Shown: in pieces, positions 1-8,673 of the stretch | Position numbering within the stretch: position 1 is the stretch's first letter | Layout of the letters: every line of letters starts with the position of its first letter | DNA from: Myxococcales bacterium | GTDB lineage: Bacteria > Myxococcota_A > UBA9042 | Direction: 5' to 3' | Length of the DNA: 32,971 nt | Assembly: GCA_037441385.1 (NCBI GenBank) | Contig: JBBISH010000074.1 | Coordinates: 1 to 32,971, forward strand | The notes under the pieces: model-generated | The model's database searches: none | Told to the model about the DNA's origin: nothing | Seen by the model: the letters and a program-made list of their open reading frames with translations, nothing else | Position numbers and translations under genes: made by a program

Positions 1-1
1 T

Positions 2-3000
2 GCCGGCCGCACACACGTCGCCGGTGGTGCAGGCGTTGTTGTCGTTGCAGGCAAGGGTGTTGGCTGGGAACGTGCACTTGCCGTTGCTGCAGACGTTGTC
101 GGTGCACGTGTTGCCGTCGCTGCAGTCCAGGTTCTTGCTGCAGTTGCCGCCGCAGCCGATGATCGGCGCAAACACGCAGGCTCCGCTGCCACTGTCGCAA
201 CTGTCGTTGGTGCAGCTGTCGTTGTCGTTGCAGACTTTGGCGGTTCCGGACACGCAGGCACTTGCCGCGCACTTGTCGCCCGTCGTGCACGCGTTGCCGT
301 CCTCGCAGACGGCCGAATTGGCCGCGTACTGGCAGTTTCCGCTGACCGTGTCGCAGCTGTCGTCGGTGCAGACCTTGCCGTCGCTGCAGAGTTTGGCCGA
401 GCCGGGCTTGCAGGTGCCCGAGGCGCACAAATCGCTGAGCGTGCAGGCATTTCCGTCGCTGCAGTTGGCCGTGTTGTTCACGTGGCCGCAGGCGCCACTG
501 GCCGGGCTGCAGCTGTCGTTGGTGCATACGTTGTTGTCGTCGCAGTTGGCTGGCTCGCCTGCGATGCACGCGCCGCCCACGCAGGCGTCGCCCACGGTAC
601 ACAAGTTGCCGTCGTCGCAGGCCGCGGTGTTGGCCGTGTTCTTGCAAGTTCCTGTTTTCGTGTCGCAACTGTCGTCGGTGCAGACTTTGCCGTCGCTGCA
701 GTTGACGGGCAGACCCGGCTTGCAGGCGCCGGCGCCGCACACGTCGCCTTGGGTGCAGGCGTTGGCGTCGTCGCAGCTGGCCGTGTTGGGGGCAGCCGCG
801 CACAAGCCCGTCTTGCTGTCGCAACTGTCGTCGGTGCACGGGTTGCCGTCGTCGCAGTTCTTGGCCGAACCGGGCAAGCACGAGCCGCCACCGCAGGTGT
901 CGCCGCTGGTGCAGGCGTTGCTGTCACTACACGGGGCGGTGTTGGGCGGGAATGCGCACTTGCCGGCCGTGCACGCATCGTCGGTGCAGGGGTTGTTGTC
1001 GCTGCAGTCGCTGGCCTTGGTGCAGTTGCCGCCGCAGCCGGTGATGGGCTTGAAGACGCAGTTGCCGCTTTGCGGGTCGCAGGTGTCGTTGGTGCAGGTG
1101 TCGGCGTCGGTGCAGACGGCGGGTGCGCCTGGCTTGCACGCGCTGCCCTGGCAGCCGTCGCCCACGGTGCAGGCGTTGCCGTCGCTGCACGGGGCGGCGT
1201 TGGCGCTGTGGCTGCAGTCGCCGCTCTGACTGTCGCAGGCGTCGTTGGTGCAGGGGTTGCCGTCGTCGCAGTTTTTGGCCGTGCCGCTTGCGCAACTGCC
1301 GCCTTGGCAGGTGTCGCCCGCGCTGCAGGCGTTGCCGTCGTCGCAGGGTGCGGTGGTGTTGCTGGCCACGCAGGTGCCGGCTTTGGGGTCGCACGAGTCC
1401 GCTGTGCACGAGTTGCCGTCGTCGCAATTCTTGGCCGCGCCAGGGCTGCAGGCGCCGCCTTTGCAGAGGTCGCCCAAAGTGCAGGGGTTCTTGTCGTCGC
1501 AGTCCGCGGCGTTGGGGTCCGAGGTGCAGTTGCCGCTTTGGGCGTCGCAACCATCGCTGGTGCAAGGGTTGCCGTCGTCGCAGCTCTTGGGCGTGCCCGA
1601 CACACACTTGCCGGCCGAGCAGCTGTCGCCCGCGGTGCACGCGTCGCCGTCGCTGCACGCCGCGGTGTTCGCCGTGTTGCTGCACTTGCCGGCCGCGCAC
1701 AGGTCGTCTGTGCATGGGTTGCCATCGTCGCAGTTGATGGGACTGCCGGCCTTGCACGCGCCGTTTTGGCAGGCGTCGCCTTGGGTGCACGGGTCTTGAT
1801 CGTCGCACGCCTGGGTGGTGGGCAGGTAGGCGCACTTGCCGCTCAAGCACGCGGGCTCGCTGCACACGTCCAGGGCCTTGCAGTCCGTGTCCACACTGCA
1901 GGTGTCGCCGCAGCCGATGATCGCCGTGTGGACACAGTTGCCGGTGCTGGCATCGCAGGCGTCGTTGGTGCACGTGTCGGCGTCGACGCACGGTTTTTCG
2001 CCGATGCCTGCGCACTTGCCCGCGCTGCAGGTGTCGCCCACGCTGCAGCCGTTGCCATCGTCGCATGGCCCGGTCGAGGCGACGTGGGTGCACGCGCCGC
2101 TGTCGGGGCTGCACGCGTCTTCTGTGCACGGGTTGCCGTCGTCGCATTGGGTCGCCGTGCCGGATTTGCACTTGCCGCCCACGCAGGTGTCGCCCTGCGT
2201 GCACGGGTCGCCGTCGCTGCAGGTGGCCGTGATCGGCGTGACTTCGCACGCGCCCGAAACGGGATTGCATACGTCGCCGGTGCAGTCGCTGCCGTCGTCG
2301 CACACCGTGACGGCGCCGCCCTTGCAGGTGCCGCCCTCGCACTGGTCGCCCACGGTGCAGCCGTTGCCGTCGCTGCACGGCTCGGTCAGCAGTTCGTGGA
2401 CACAGCCCGTCGATGGCTCGCAACTGTCTGAAGTACAAGCATTCTTGTCGTCGCACATGGTCTGTGCGGTCGGCAAGCACAGGCCGCCCTTGCAGGTGTC
2501 GCCGGTGGTGCACGCGTCGCCGTCGCTGCACTTGGTGCCGTCCAGCTTGCTTGCCGAGTTGCACTTGCCATTCAAACACTTGGCCGTAGTACAATCGTCT
2601 GCGCCGCAATCCTTGGGGGTGCCAGCGCACTTGCCGGCGACGCAGGCGTCGTACAGCGTGCAGTCGTCGCCGTCGTCGCACTCGGTGCCGTAGTCCTGGG
2701 TGTGGGTGCAGCCTGTCGCGATTTGGCAGGCGTCGTAGGTACATACGTTCTTGTCGTTGCAGTCCTTTAGCTCGCCGCCGTGGCACTCGCCTTGGACGCA
2801 CTTGTCAGCCAGCGTGCATTGATTGCCGTCGTTGCAGCTCGCGCCGTCGTTGCCACTTTTGTGCAGGCAACTCCCGTCTTTGTGGCAGCTGTCCACGGTG
2901 CAAGGATCTTGATCGTCGCAGTCCACATCTTGGTGGCAGCCGGCGTCGCTGCTGTCGATGGCGGTGTCTTGGCTGTCGGCGTCCCCGGCGCTGTCGACCG

Positions 3001-3259
3001 GTTGGGTATCGGTGGACTGGGTATCGGTCGACTGGGTGTCGGTCGCCCCAGTGTCCACTTGGCTGGCATCGGCGTCTTCGGGCGCGCTGATATCCAGCGA
3101 CGCTGCGTAAGCGTCGAGTTTCTGGTCGATCTCCTGCTGCGACAAGAAGTCGCCCAGGCATCCGCCCAGGCTGAGCACCGCCAGGATGGCCGACCACTGA
3201 ATTGCAGAGCGCAGGATCCTTGCCGGGCCCGATCGGCTGCGCTTGGGCAAGCTCATCAT
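2..3259 (-). CDS. Giant cysteine-rich repeat lipoprotein (Dictyostelium-type CTDC-like repeats); 3'-truncated by the window, at least 1086 aa
   Basis: Not in the ORF track because it has no stop in the window. Manual translation from ATG 3259 (AGGGGG upstream): MMSLPKRSRSGPARILRSAIQWSAILAVLSLGG-C (lipobox-like), a D/T/S-rich linker, then many CDDGNPCTxDxC / CDDGNACTxGDxCxxGxC repeats. Still in frame at the window start (CNDNNACTTGDVCAAG). Confidence 0.9.
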   Translation of the reverse strand, partial: MMSLPKRSRSGPARILRSAIQWSAILAVLSLGGCLGDFLSQQEIDQKLDAYAASLDISAPEDADASQVDTGATDTQSTDTQSTDTQPVDSAGDADSQDTAIDSSDAGCHQDVDCDDQDPCTVDSCHKDGSCLHKSGNDGASCNDGNQCTLADKCVQGECHGGELKDCNDKNVCTYDACQIATGCTHTQDYGTECDDGDDCTLYDACVAGKCAGTPKDCGADDCTTAKCLNGKCNSASKLDGTKCSDGDACTTGDTCKGGLCLPTAQTMCDDKNACTSDSCEPSTGCVHELLTEPCSDGNGCTVGDQCEGGTCKGGAVTVCDDGSDCTGDVCNPVSGACEVTPITATCSDGDPCTQGDTCVGGKCKSGTATQCDDGNPCTEDACSPDSGACTHVASTGPCDDGNGCSVGDTCSAGKCAGIGEKPCVDADTCTNDACDASTGNCVHTAIIGCGDTCSVDTDCKALDVCSEPACLSGKCAYLPTTQACDDQDPCTQGDACQNGACKAGSPINCDDGNPCTDDLCAAGKCSNTANTAACSDGDACTAGDSCSAGKCVSGTPKSCDDGNPCTSDGCDAQSGNCTSDPNAADCDDKNPCTLGDLCKGGACSPGAAKNCDDGNSCTADSCDPKAGTCVASNTTAPCDDGNACSAGDTCQGGSCASGTAKNCDDGNPCTNDACDSQSGDCSHSANAAPCSDGNACTVGDGCQGSACKPGAPAVCTDADTCTNDTCDPQSGNCVFKPITGCGGNCTKASDCSDNNPCTDDACTAGKCAFPPNTAPCSDSNACTSGDTCGGGSCLPGSAKNCDDGNPCTDDSCDSKTGLCAAAPNTASCDDANACTQGDVCGAGACKPGLPVNCSDGKVCTDDSCDTKTGTCKNTANTAACDDGNLCTVGDACVGGACIAGEPANCDDNNVCTNDSCSPASGACGHVNNTANCSDGNACTLSDLCASGTCKPGSAKLCSDGKVCTDDSCDTVSGNCQYAANSAVCEDGNACTTGDKCAASACVSGTAKVCNDNDSCTNDSCDSGSGACVFAPIIGCGGNCSKNLDCSDGNTCTDNVCSNGKCTFPANTLACNDNNACTTGDVCAAG
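197..2930 (-). repeat. Coding tandem repeats: ~156-nt (52-aa) modules grouped into ~880-nt super-repeats
   Basis: Equivalent motif at 197/353/509/665/821, 1079/1235/1391/1547 and 1955/2111/2267. GCG hinge motif at about 152, 1034 and 1910. Confidence 0.85.
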
Positions 3260-3323
3260 GCAGTCCCCCTGTCGACGGCCACCCCGGCCCGGCGCGCACC
3301 GGCCCAGGTTCCCTTCCTGGCGG

Positions 3324-4232
3324 CTACCACGCCAGCGTCCAACTCACCGCCGCGCCGCCCACCGTGGGGACGGCCATCCACAAACTGCTCGTCTTTTTCT
3401 CGCCTTGCCGATCGGCGTCGCCCTTGTCGGGCGCGGGATCGCCGCCGCCCAGCAGCTCCCAGCCCAGCCAGCCGGCGGCCAGCACCGTCAGCGAGCCCGC
3501 CACCACGGCAGCGCCCCGAAAAAGTTGCGCCTTGTTCACATGATTCTCGTAGGTTTGGGCCTGTGCGCTGGTGTGCAACGACGTTTCCATGTCGTGCGCG
3601 GCCAGGGCTTCGGACAGAGCCAGGCCATACAAGACGCCACTGCCAATGACCAACCCGGCTGTCGCCGCGGCCGAGGCCCACGGAAACGGTTTGGGCGGCA
3701 CCGGCGGCACTTCCTCGGGCTTCTTTCCGGTTTTGTCCGGCGGTGTCACGTCGGCCACCGGTGTCGGCGGGTTGGGCAGCGGTGCAACATCGGGCTTGCC
3801 ATGCGGCGGCGGATCGTCCTTGGGCGGCAGCACCGGCTTGGGTTCCTGTGCCTTGACCTCAAGTTCCAGGGTCGCGATGCGTTTGGCGGCGTCGGCTTTG
3901 CCGTCCTCGGTTGCATCGGGTAAACCCATGTACGCCTTGAACAAAGCGATCGCCTTTTGCAGCAGGCCGGCTTCTTGATAGGCGCGGGCCGCGTTGAAGA
4001 TCAACGATGCCCGCCGTACCAGCGTGTAGGCTTCCATGAAGCGCTCGGCCGCCGCCTCGTAGGCCTTTTGCTGGAACAGCAGCTTGGCTTCCGTGGCCAC
4101 GGCTTCGGCCTTGCGGATGACGGCCGGGTCGTCGCCGCGCGCCGCAGCCACGCGAGGCGTGCACAGCAGGGCGACGGCCGTCCACACCACCAGTAACAGG
4201 CTCCGGTTTGCGCGGAACCTCAGTCCGATCAT
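3324..4232 (-). CDS. Secreted TPR protein with Pro-rich linker, hydrophobic helical hairpin and C-terminal beta-hairpin (myxobacterial TPR/PEGA-like family)
   Basis: ATG 4232 preceded by GAGGTG. Signal-peptide-like N-terminus, TPR-like helices (YEAAAERFMEAY...LIFNAARAYQEAGLLQKAIALFKAY), P/K/D-rich linker, two hydrophobic segments, ends GGAAVSWTLAW. Confidence 0.8.
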   Translation of the reverse strand: MIGLRFRANRSLLLVVWTAVALLCTPRVAAARGDDPAVIRKAEAVATEAKLLFQQKAYEAAAERFMEAYTLVRRASLIFNAARAYQEAGLLQKAIALFKAYMGLPDATEDGKADAAKRIATLELEVKAQEPKPVLPPKDDPPPHGKPDVAPLPNPPTPVADVTPPDKTGKKPEEVPPVPPKPFPWASAAATAGLVIGSGVLYGLALSEALAAHDMETSLHTSAQAQTYENHVNKAQLFRGAAVVAGSLTVLAAGWLGWELLGGGDPAPDKGDADRQGEKKTSSLWMAVPTVGGAAVSWTLAW

Positions 4233-4357
4233 CCACCCACCTCGCGTCCGCGCTGGGCTCGGCAGCCGCACTCGCCTTGGTTCAGCCCTGGCCGCTCGAC
4301 CTGGCTTTCTTCAAGGCTTGCCACGGCTCTGCGCTAGGCACGCCGTTGCATCCAAAA

Positions 4358-4387
4358 ACGGTAGCCGTTTCTCCGCCCCCAGGTCAA
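4358..4387 (-). promoter_or_regulatory. Putative sigma70-type promoter with an overlapping inverted repeat
   Basis: TTGACC-N18-TACCGT on the minus strand; AAACGG-TAG-CCGTTT at 4356-4370 covers the -10 element. Confidence 0.4.
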
Positions 4388-4467
4388 GGAATCGCTGGAC
4401 CACAGGGCGTGTCGCCACGCAGCCCGATCGGCGTCTGGCCGCGGCCAGACCAACGTCTCGGTACGGG

Positions 4468-5922
4468 TCAATGCCGCCACTCCAGGCCCACGGCGATGTG
4501 CAGGCCGCCCACGCTGCGCTGCCGGTCATTCCAATACTCCACGGTCTGGCCGCCACCCGCGTTGTAGCTCGCCTTGGTGCCCCCGTAGAGTTCCGTAGTG
4601 CGCACGGTCGTGCCGCCGACACCCGTAGTCAGGATCAGCGTGTCCCGACCGCCAACGCCGCGCAGATAGGTACGCATGCCGCCTTCGCCCCAGGCAATGC
4701 CGGTCGAACCGCCGCCCGCCGCGTACAGATTCAGGTTGCGGCTCAGCGGCACATCCAACGAACCGTCTAGGTAGCCAAAGCGGAATTTGCCGTCGTCGAT
4801 GGCCAGCGTGTTGGTCAGGCGCAGGTGCAGGCCATCCACGGCGCCTAGCCGCAGCACTTGCGCCACGGTCGGGCCTTGCTGCGAGCACTTGTACTTCTGC
4901 ACTTGCGTGCCGCCGCTGCTGTCGCTGCTGGCCTTGGCCACGTAGCCGCTGTTGGTACAATCCCAGGCCGACTCACCCTCGAACTGGTGGCTGAAATAGC
5001 CAGTGCCCAAGCCGAATTCGGCAAGGTCATTCTGGAACGACACCAGCACCTGAGCGTTGTACGCGTGAACGGCTTGCGGAACCGAAATGCCGATGGGCGA
5101 AAGCCGCGCCTGCACGTGCAGCCAGTCGTAGTAGAAGCCTCCCGAAAGCTCGACCAAGGCGCCCACGTCCAGCTCGCCAAAGTTGGGGAAGACCCGGGCG
5201 ATGCTTCGGGCCCAAGTGTCGTAGCCGCTGCGTGGCGCAAACACGGCTACCCCGCGCGGGCTGCGGTCGGTGCGTTCGATGGTGTCGCCGGCCGCCACCT
5301 CGTCGCCGCGCGCCAGCTCGGCCACCGCTTTCTGCCCCTGTACCTGGCGGACTTCTAGTACGGCCACCGGCGCATTGCTCACCACCGATTCCTCTTTGCC
5401 GGTCAACAGATTCATGCGCAGCTCGGCCCGCTGCGACCGCACCAGCACCGCGTCGCCGGGCCGCAGGTTGCTGCCTTCGTCCAGCTCCAGCAGCGCCGTG
5501 CCGCGCGCCACGGTGGCGACCTTGCCCAGCAGCACTTTGGCCGCAGGCACCGCGCCGGGGGCCTGCGGGGCCGCGCCCGCCGCCATGCCCGGCAGCCAGG
5601 GCTCGATCCGTCCACCGGCCACGCTGTAGGTCGCGACATCCGTGCGCATTGCCGCGACGAACACCACGCCGTCGACCAGCTTCAAGTCAGCGACGGGGCC
5701 GCCCAGGTCGCGCTCGCCCCGCTTGACCGGAGCGGCCGGGTCACTCACGTCGTACAGCACTAGCTTGTGATCCGCCGTAACGCCCACCAACAGCTTGCCC
5801 TCCACGCGCTGCAGGATCAGACTCAAGGGCGCCGGGTCGGCCAGCGCGGGCGAAGCCACCCCAAGGCTTGCGATCGCGACCAGAAGGGGGAATAGGCGTG
5901 CGCACCAGCTGTTGATCGTCAT
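4468..5922 (-). CDS. Secreted/outer-membrane protein: LVIVD-like N-terminal repeat, FlgT_C-like beta domain, probable C-terminal beta-barrel
   Basis: GGAGG precedes ATG 5922. Signal peptide ending ALA-DP; LVLYDVSDPAAP motif; GKVATV...LRPGDAVLV...LEVRQV...GDTIE domain; amphipathic G/aromatic-rich strands ending GLHIAVGLEWRH. Confidence 0.7.
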   Translation of the reverse strand: MTINSWCARLFPLLVAIASLGVASPALADPAPLSLILQRVEGKLLVGVTADHKLVLYDVSDPAAPVKRGERDLGGPVADLKLVDGVVFVAAMRTDVATYSVAGGRIEPWLPGMAAGAAPQAPGAVPAAKVLLGKVATVARGTALLELDEGSNLRPGDAVLVRSQRAELRMNLLTGKEESVVSNAPVAVLEVRQVQGQKAVAELARGDEVAAGDTIERTDRSPRGVAVFAPRSGYDTWARSIARVFPNFGELDVGALVELSGGFYYDWLHVQARLSPIGISVPQAVHAYNAQVLVSFQNDLAEFGLGTGYFSHQFEGESAWDCTNSGYVAKASSDSSGGTQVQKYKCSQQGPTVAQVLRLGAVDGLHLRLTNTLAIDDGKFRFGYLDGSLDVPLSRNLNLYAAGGGSTGIAWGEGGMRTYLRGVGGRDTLILTTGVGGTTVRTTELYGGTKASYNAGGGQTVEYWNDRQRSVGGLHIAVGLEWRH

Positions 5923-5942
5923 GACGGCCTCCATGTGCGGCT

Positions 5943-5970
5943 AGCTTAGGAGCCTTGGCGGGCCGGTCAA
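5943..5970 (-). promoter_or_regulatory. Putative sigma70-type promoter of the 4468..5922 gene
   Basis: TTGACC-N16-TAAGCT on the minus strand, about 20 nt before the start codon. Confidence 0.45.
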
Positions 5971-6011
5971 GCCAACGCCAAGGGGCCGAAGCTCAGCCGC
6001 CGTCGCCGATC

Positions 6012-6040
6012 TTGACCGTGTGCCGGCGCGGGCTTACCCT
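6012..6040 (+). promoter_or_regulatory. Putative sigma70-type promoter of skp
   Basis: TTGACC-N17-TACCCT. Confidence 0.45.
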
Positions 6041-6177
6041 TGCGCGCCCTTGGGCGGCCCGGCGAACCGTCGTGCTGGACCCGTAGACGCAGGCTGGCGT
6101 CCCAGCCGCAGGTTGGCCCTCGCCGTCGACCGCACCGTCCGCCCCCCGCATTCCGTATGCTTCCCTTAGGAGTTCTC

Positions 6178-6747
6178 ATGTTGCCGTTTCGTCTGCTGCC
6201 GCTGATCTGCATGAGCGTAGTGCTGGTGTCCGCGCCAGCCGTGCCGGCCCTCGCCGCCGAGACCAAGATCGGCGTCGTCGACTTGCAGAAGGTGCTCCAC
6301 ACGACCACCGCTGGCAAAGCCGCGGCCAAGAAGTTCGAGGACCTGCAAAAGGCGAAGAAGGGCCAGCTCGACGCCAAGGAAAAGGACCTGGCCAAGCGCG
6401 AAAAGGAGCTGTTTGCGGCCCGCCAAGAGATCGAGAAGGCGCTGCAGGAGGCCAAGGGCCAGGTCAGCGACGACATGAAGCAGCGGATCGTTGGGCTGCA
6501 GGACAAGGGCAAGAAGTTCGAGCAAGACGTGATGGAGCTCGAGAAGCGCCGTCGCGACATCGTGGACGAACTGGCGCGCAAAGAGGCCGAGCTGCTCAAA
6601 CCGATCGAGGACTCGATTCGCACCAAGGTCGAGGCGATTGCCAAAGAGCGCGGCCTGCAGCTGGTGGTCAACCGCCAGGTCGCGGTGTACGCGTCGGACG
6701 CCGTGGACATCACCGCCGAAGTCATCAAGCGCTGCGATGCGCCTTGA
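6178..6747 (+). CDS. skp: OmpH/Skp family periplasmic outer-membrane-protein chaperone
   Basis: AGGAG RBS before ATG 6178. Signal peptide, KIGVVDLQKVL, long coiled coil, IAKERGLQLVV...VYASDAVDITAEVIK. Confidence 0.9.
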   Translation: MLPFRLLPLICMSVVLVSAPAVPALAAETKIGVVDLQKVLHTTTAGKAAAKKFEDLQKAKKGQLDAKEKDLAKREKELFAARQEIEKALQEAKGQVSDDMKQRIVGLQDKGKKFEQDVMELEKRRRDIVDELARKEAELLKPIEDSIRTKVEAIAKERGLQLVVNRQVAVYASDAVDITAEVIKRCDAP

Positions 6748-6780
6748 TTTTTGCCTCCTGGGCGCCGACGATCGCCGCTG

Positions 6781-8673
6781 ATGGTCGCCCCTATGCCAAA
6801 CCGGCCGCCTTTGCGTCGCCCCAGCCTGCGGTGGGGCGCCTGCGTGCTGGCGTTTACCGCGCTGGCGCTTGCGGCGCTGGGCTGCCGGCGCGACGCTGAG
6901 CAACGCCTTGCAACGGCCCAGCTTTTCCCGGACGCCAGCCAAGCGGTCGCGCCCGCGGTGCCCCGGCAAAATGCGGTAGAGCGCGCCGAGACGATTACCG
7001 AGGTCGAGCCCAACGACTCGGCCGACCGGGCTCAGCCGGTCTCGGCCAATGCCGTCGTGCGCGCCAGCCTGGCCGGTGCCACGGATGGGCCCGCCGAGCC
7101 CGACCCCAAGAAGAAGGGCAAGGCCAGCAAGTCCGCGCCGCTGCTCGATCAAGATTGGTATCGCTTGCCCGCCCTGCAGCCGGGGCAAATTGCCCAGATC
7201 GAGCTGCGCGACAGCCCGGCCTGCGCCGAGCTCGAACTGCTGGACGACGCGGGCCGTACCACGTTGCGGCGCGCCAAGGCCATCAAGGCCACGCGGCCGG
7301 TGCTGCCCTCGATTGGGCCGGCTGCGCGGGCGTCGCTGGTGCGCGTGAGTTGCAAGGGCCGCGAGGGCGGCAGCTATACGCTGGCCGTGTTCACGCGCGC
7401 CGCCGCGCCCGGCGAAGAGGTGGAGCCCAACGACACCCCTGTGCCCGAACTCCAGGTCCTGCGGGTGGGGCAAACCGTGCAAGGCACCCTGGCCCCCGCC
7501 GCCGATGTGGATCTGTTCGTCCTGGACCCCACTGGGGCGCAGCCCGGCGACGCTTTGGTGCTTTCGGCCACCGGCCTGGCCGACGTGGATTGGGAGTTGC
7601 GTCTGCTGGATCCGCAGACCAAGCAAACCCTGCTCGTCCGCAAGCCCCAGCGCGGGACTCCGTTGGCGATCCCCAACTTGGACCCAGCGCGGCTCGCGCC
7701 TGGGACGCTGCTCCAACTCAAGGCGGTGGCGGGTCAGGCGCCCGACAACCCGTATGTCCTGGCCTTTCAGCCTTTGCTGCCGCCGGGTTGCCTGCGTCAG
7801 GCCGAGTGCCGCGACCAACTGCCGGGTGAGCGCGAGCCCAATGACCTGCCCGACCGGCCGTTTGCGCTCAGTTTTTCGGCCACGGCCCCCACGCAGTTCG
7901 CTGGCGTGATCGGCGGTCCTGGCGACGTAGATTGGCTGCAACTGGTGGCAAGTGCTGGGCAAGTCGTCAGCGTCAAGATCGAGGCGCCGGCCTCGCTGGG
8001 CATCCAGGTGCAGCTGGGCGATGCGCCCCGGTCGCCGGTCGTTGCTGTGCCGGCGGGCAAATCGACTGTGGTGCCGGGCCTTGCGCCGCCAGGCGGACGC
8101 TTGCTGTTGCGGGTGGCGGCCGAAAGCGACACGGCCTCGGCCCCCAGCGAGGCCTACCGCCTCACCGTCCACCAGTTTGACGGCGCAGGTTGGGAAGACG
8201 AGCGCGGCGACGAAGCGGCGTTGGGTCAGATTTGGACGTCTACGGGCCAACTTGTGGCCTCTGCGGTGGGGACGGTGGGCCTGGAGCGCGGCGGTTGGCA
8301 GCGGCTGGGCGCCTTGTTCCCGCAGGGTGATCGCGACACTTTTGGCCTGGACCTACGCGCCAAGGCGGCCACGACCGGCCTGGATTTCCGCTGCGAAGGC
8401 GACGGCGTCCCGGGGTTGGCGTGCACGCTGCAGGACATGCAAGGTCGTGAGTTGATGGTGCTTTCGCCGTCAGAGACCGGCATCGCGCGATCGCCCGTCG
8501 CGTTGGCTCCCGGTGCCTACCGCGTGGCCATCCGGGGGGCGGGCGATCGACCCAGCTTGCGTCCGTATCGCGTGCAGCTCGAGCAGGCGCCCGAAGCGGC
8601 GGGCTTGCCCGTCCTGGGAGCCGCAGAGGCAGCGCCCACGCCTGAACCCGCCAGCCCGACTACGCCCCGATGA
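6781..8673 (+). CDS. Putative lipoprotein with repeated PPC-like (pre-peptidase C-terminal) domains
   Basis: LALAALG-C lipobox. Three E(V/R)EPND motifs (about 7000, 7417, 7828), each followed by a DxD(W/L) motif, and a fourth degenerate unit (GDRDTF). Start uncertain (6751/6781/6793). Confidence 0.75.
   Translation: MVAPMPNRPPLRRPSLRWGACVLAFTALALAALGCRRDAEQRLATAQLFPDASQAVAPAVPRQNAVERAETITEVEPNDSADRAQPVSANAVVRASLAGATDGPAEPDPKKKGKASKSAPLLDQDWYRLPALQPGQIAQIELRDSPACAELELLDDAGRTTLRRAKAIKATRPVLPSIGPAARASLVRVSCKGREGGSYTLAVFTRAAAPGEEVEPNDTPVPELQVLRVGQTVQGTLAPAADVDLFVLDPTGAQPGDALVLSATGLADVDWELRLLDPQTKQTLLVRKPQRGTPLAIPNLDPARLAPGTLLQLKAVAGQAPDNPYVLAFQPLLPPGCLRQAECRDQLPGEREPNDLPDRPFALSFSATAPTQFAGVIGGPGDVDWLQLVASAGQVVSVKIEAPASLGIQVQLGDAPRSPVVAVPAGKSTVVPGLAPPGGRLLLRVAAESDTASAPSEAYRLTVHQFDGAGWEDERGDEAALGQIWTSTGQLVASAVGTVGLERGGWQRLGALFPQGDRDTFGLDLRAKAATTGLDFRCEGDGVPGLACTLQDMQGRELMVLSPSETGIARSPVALAPGAYRVAIRGAGDRPSLRPYRVQLEQAPEAAGLPVLGAAEAAPTPEPASPTTPR

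Noticed and set aside
24..2801. Long ORFs in other frames (24..1229+, 482..2431+, 478..1725-, 927..2801- and others)
   Set aside because: Shadows of the repetitive Cys-rich minus-strand gene; low-complexity translations with no protein motifs.
197..2930. Regularly spaced repeats as a possible CRISPR array
   Set aside because: Period is a multiple of three, repeats are degenerate and protein-coding, and no cas genes are present.
6745..6753. skp UGA stop in frame with the next ORF, suggesting Sec readthrough given selC
   Set aside because: Skp is complete at this point, the downstream ORF has its own signal peptide, there is no redox-motif context, and no convincing SECIS hairpin follows.
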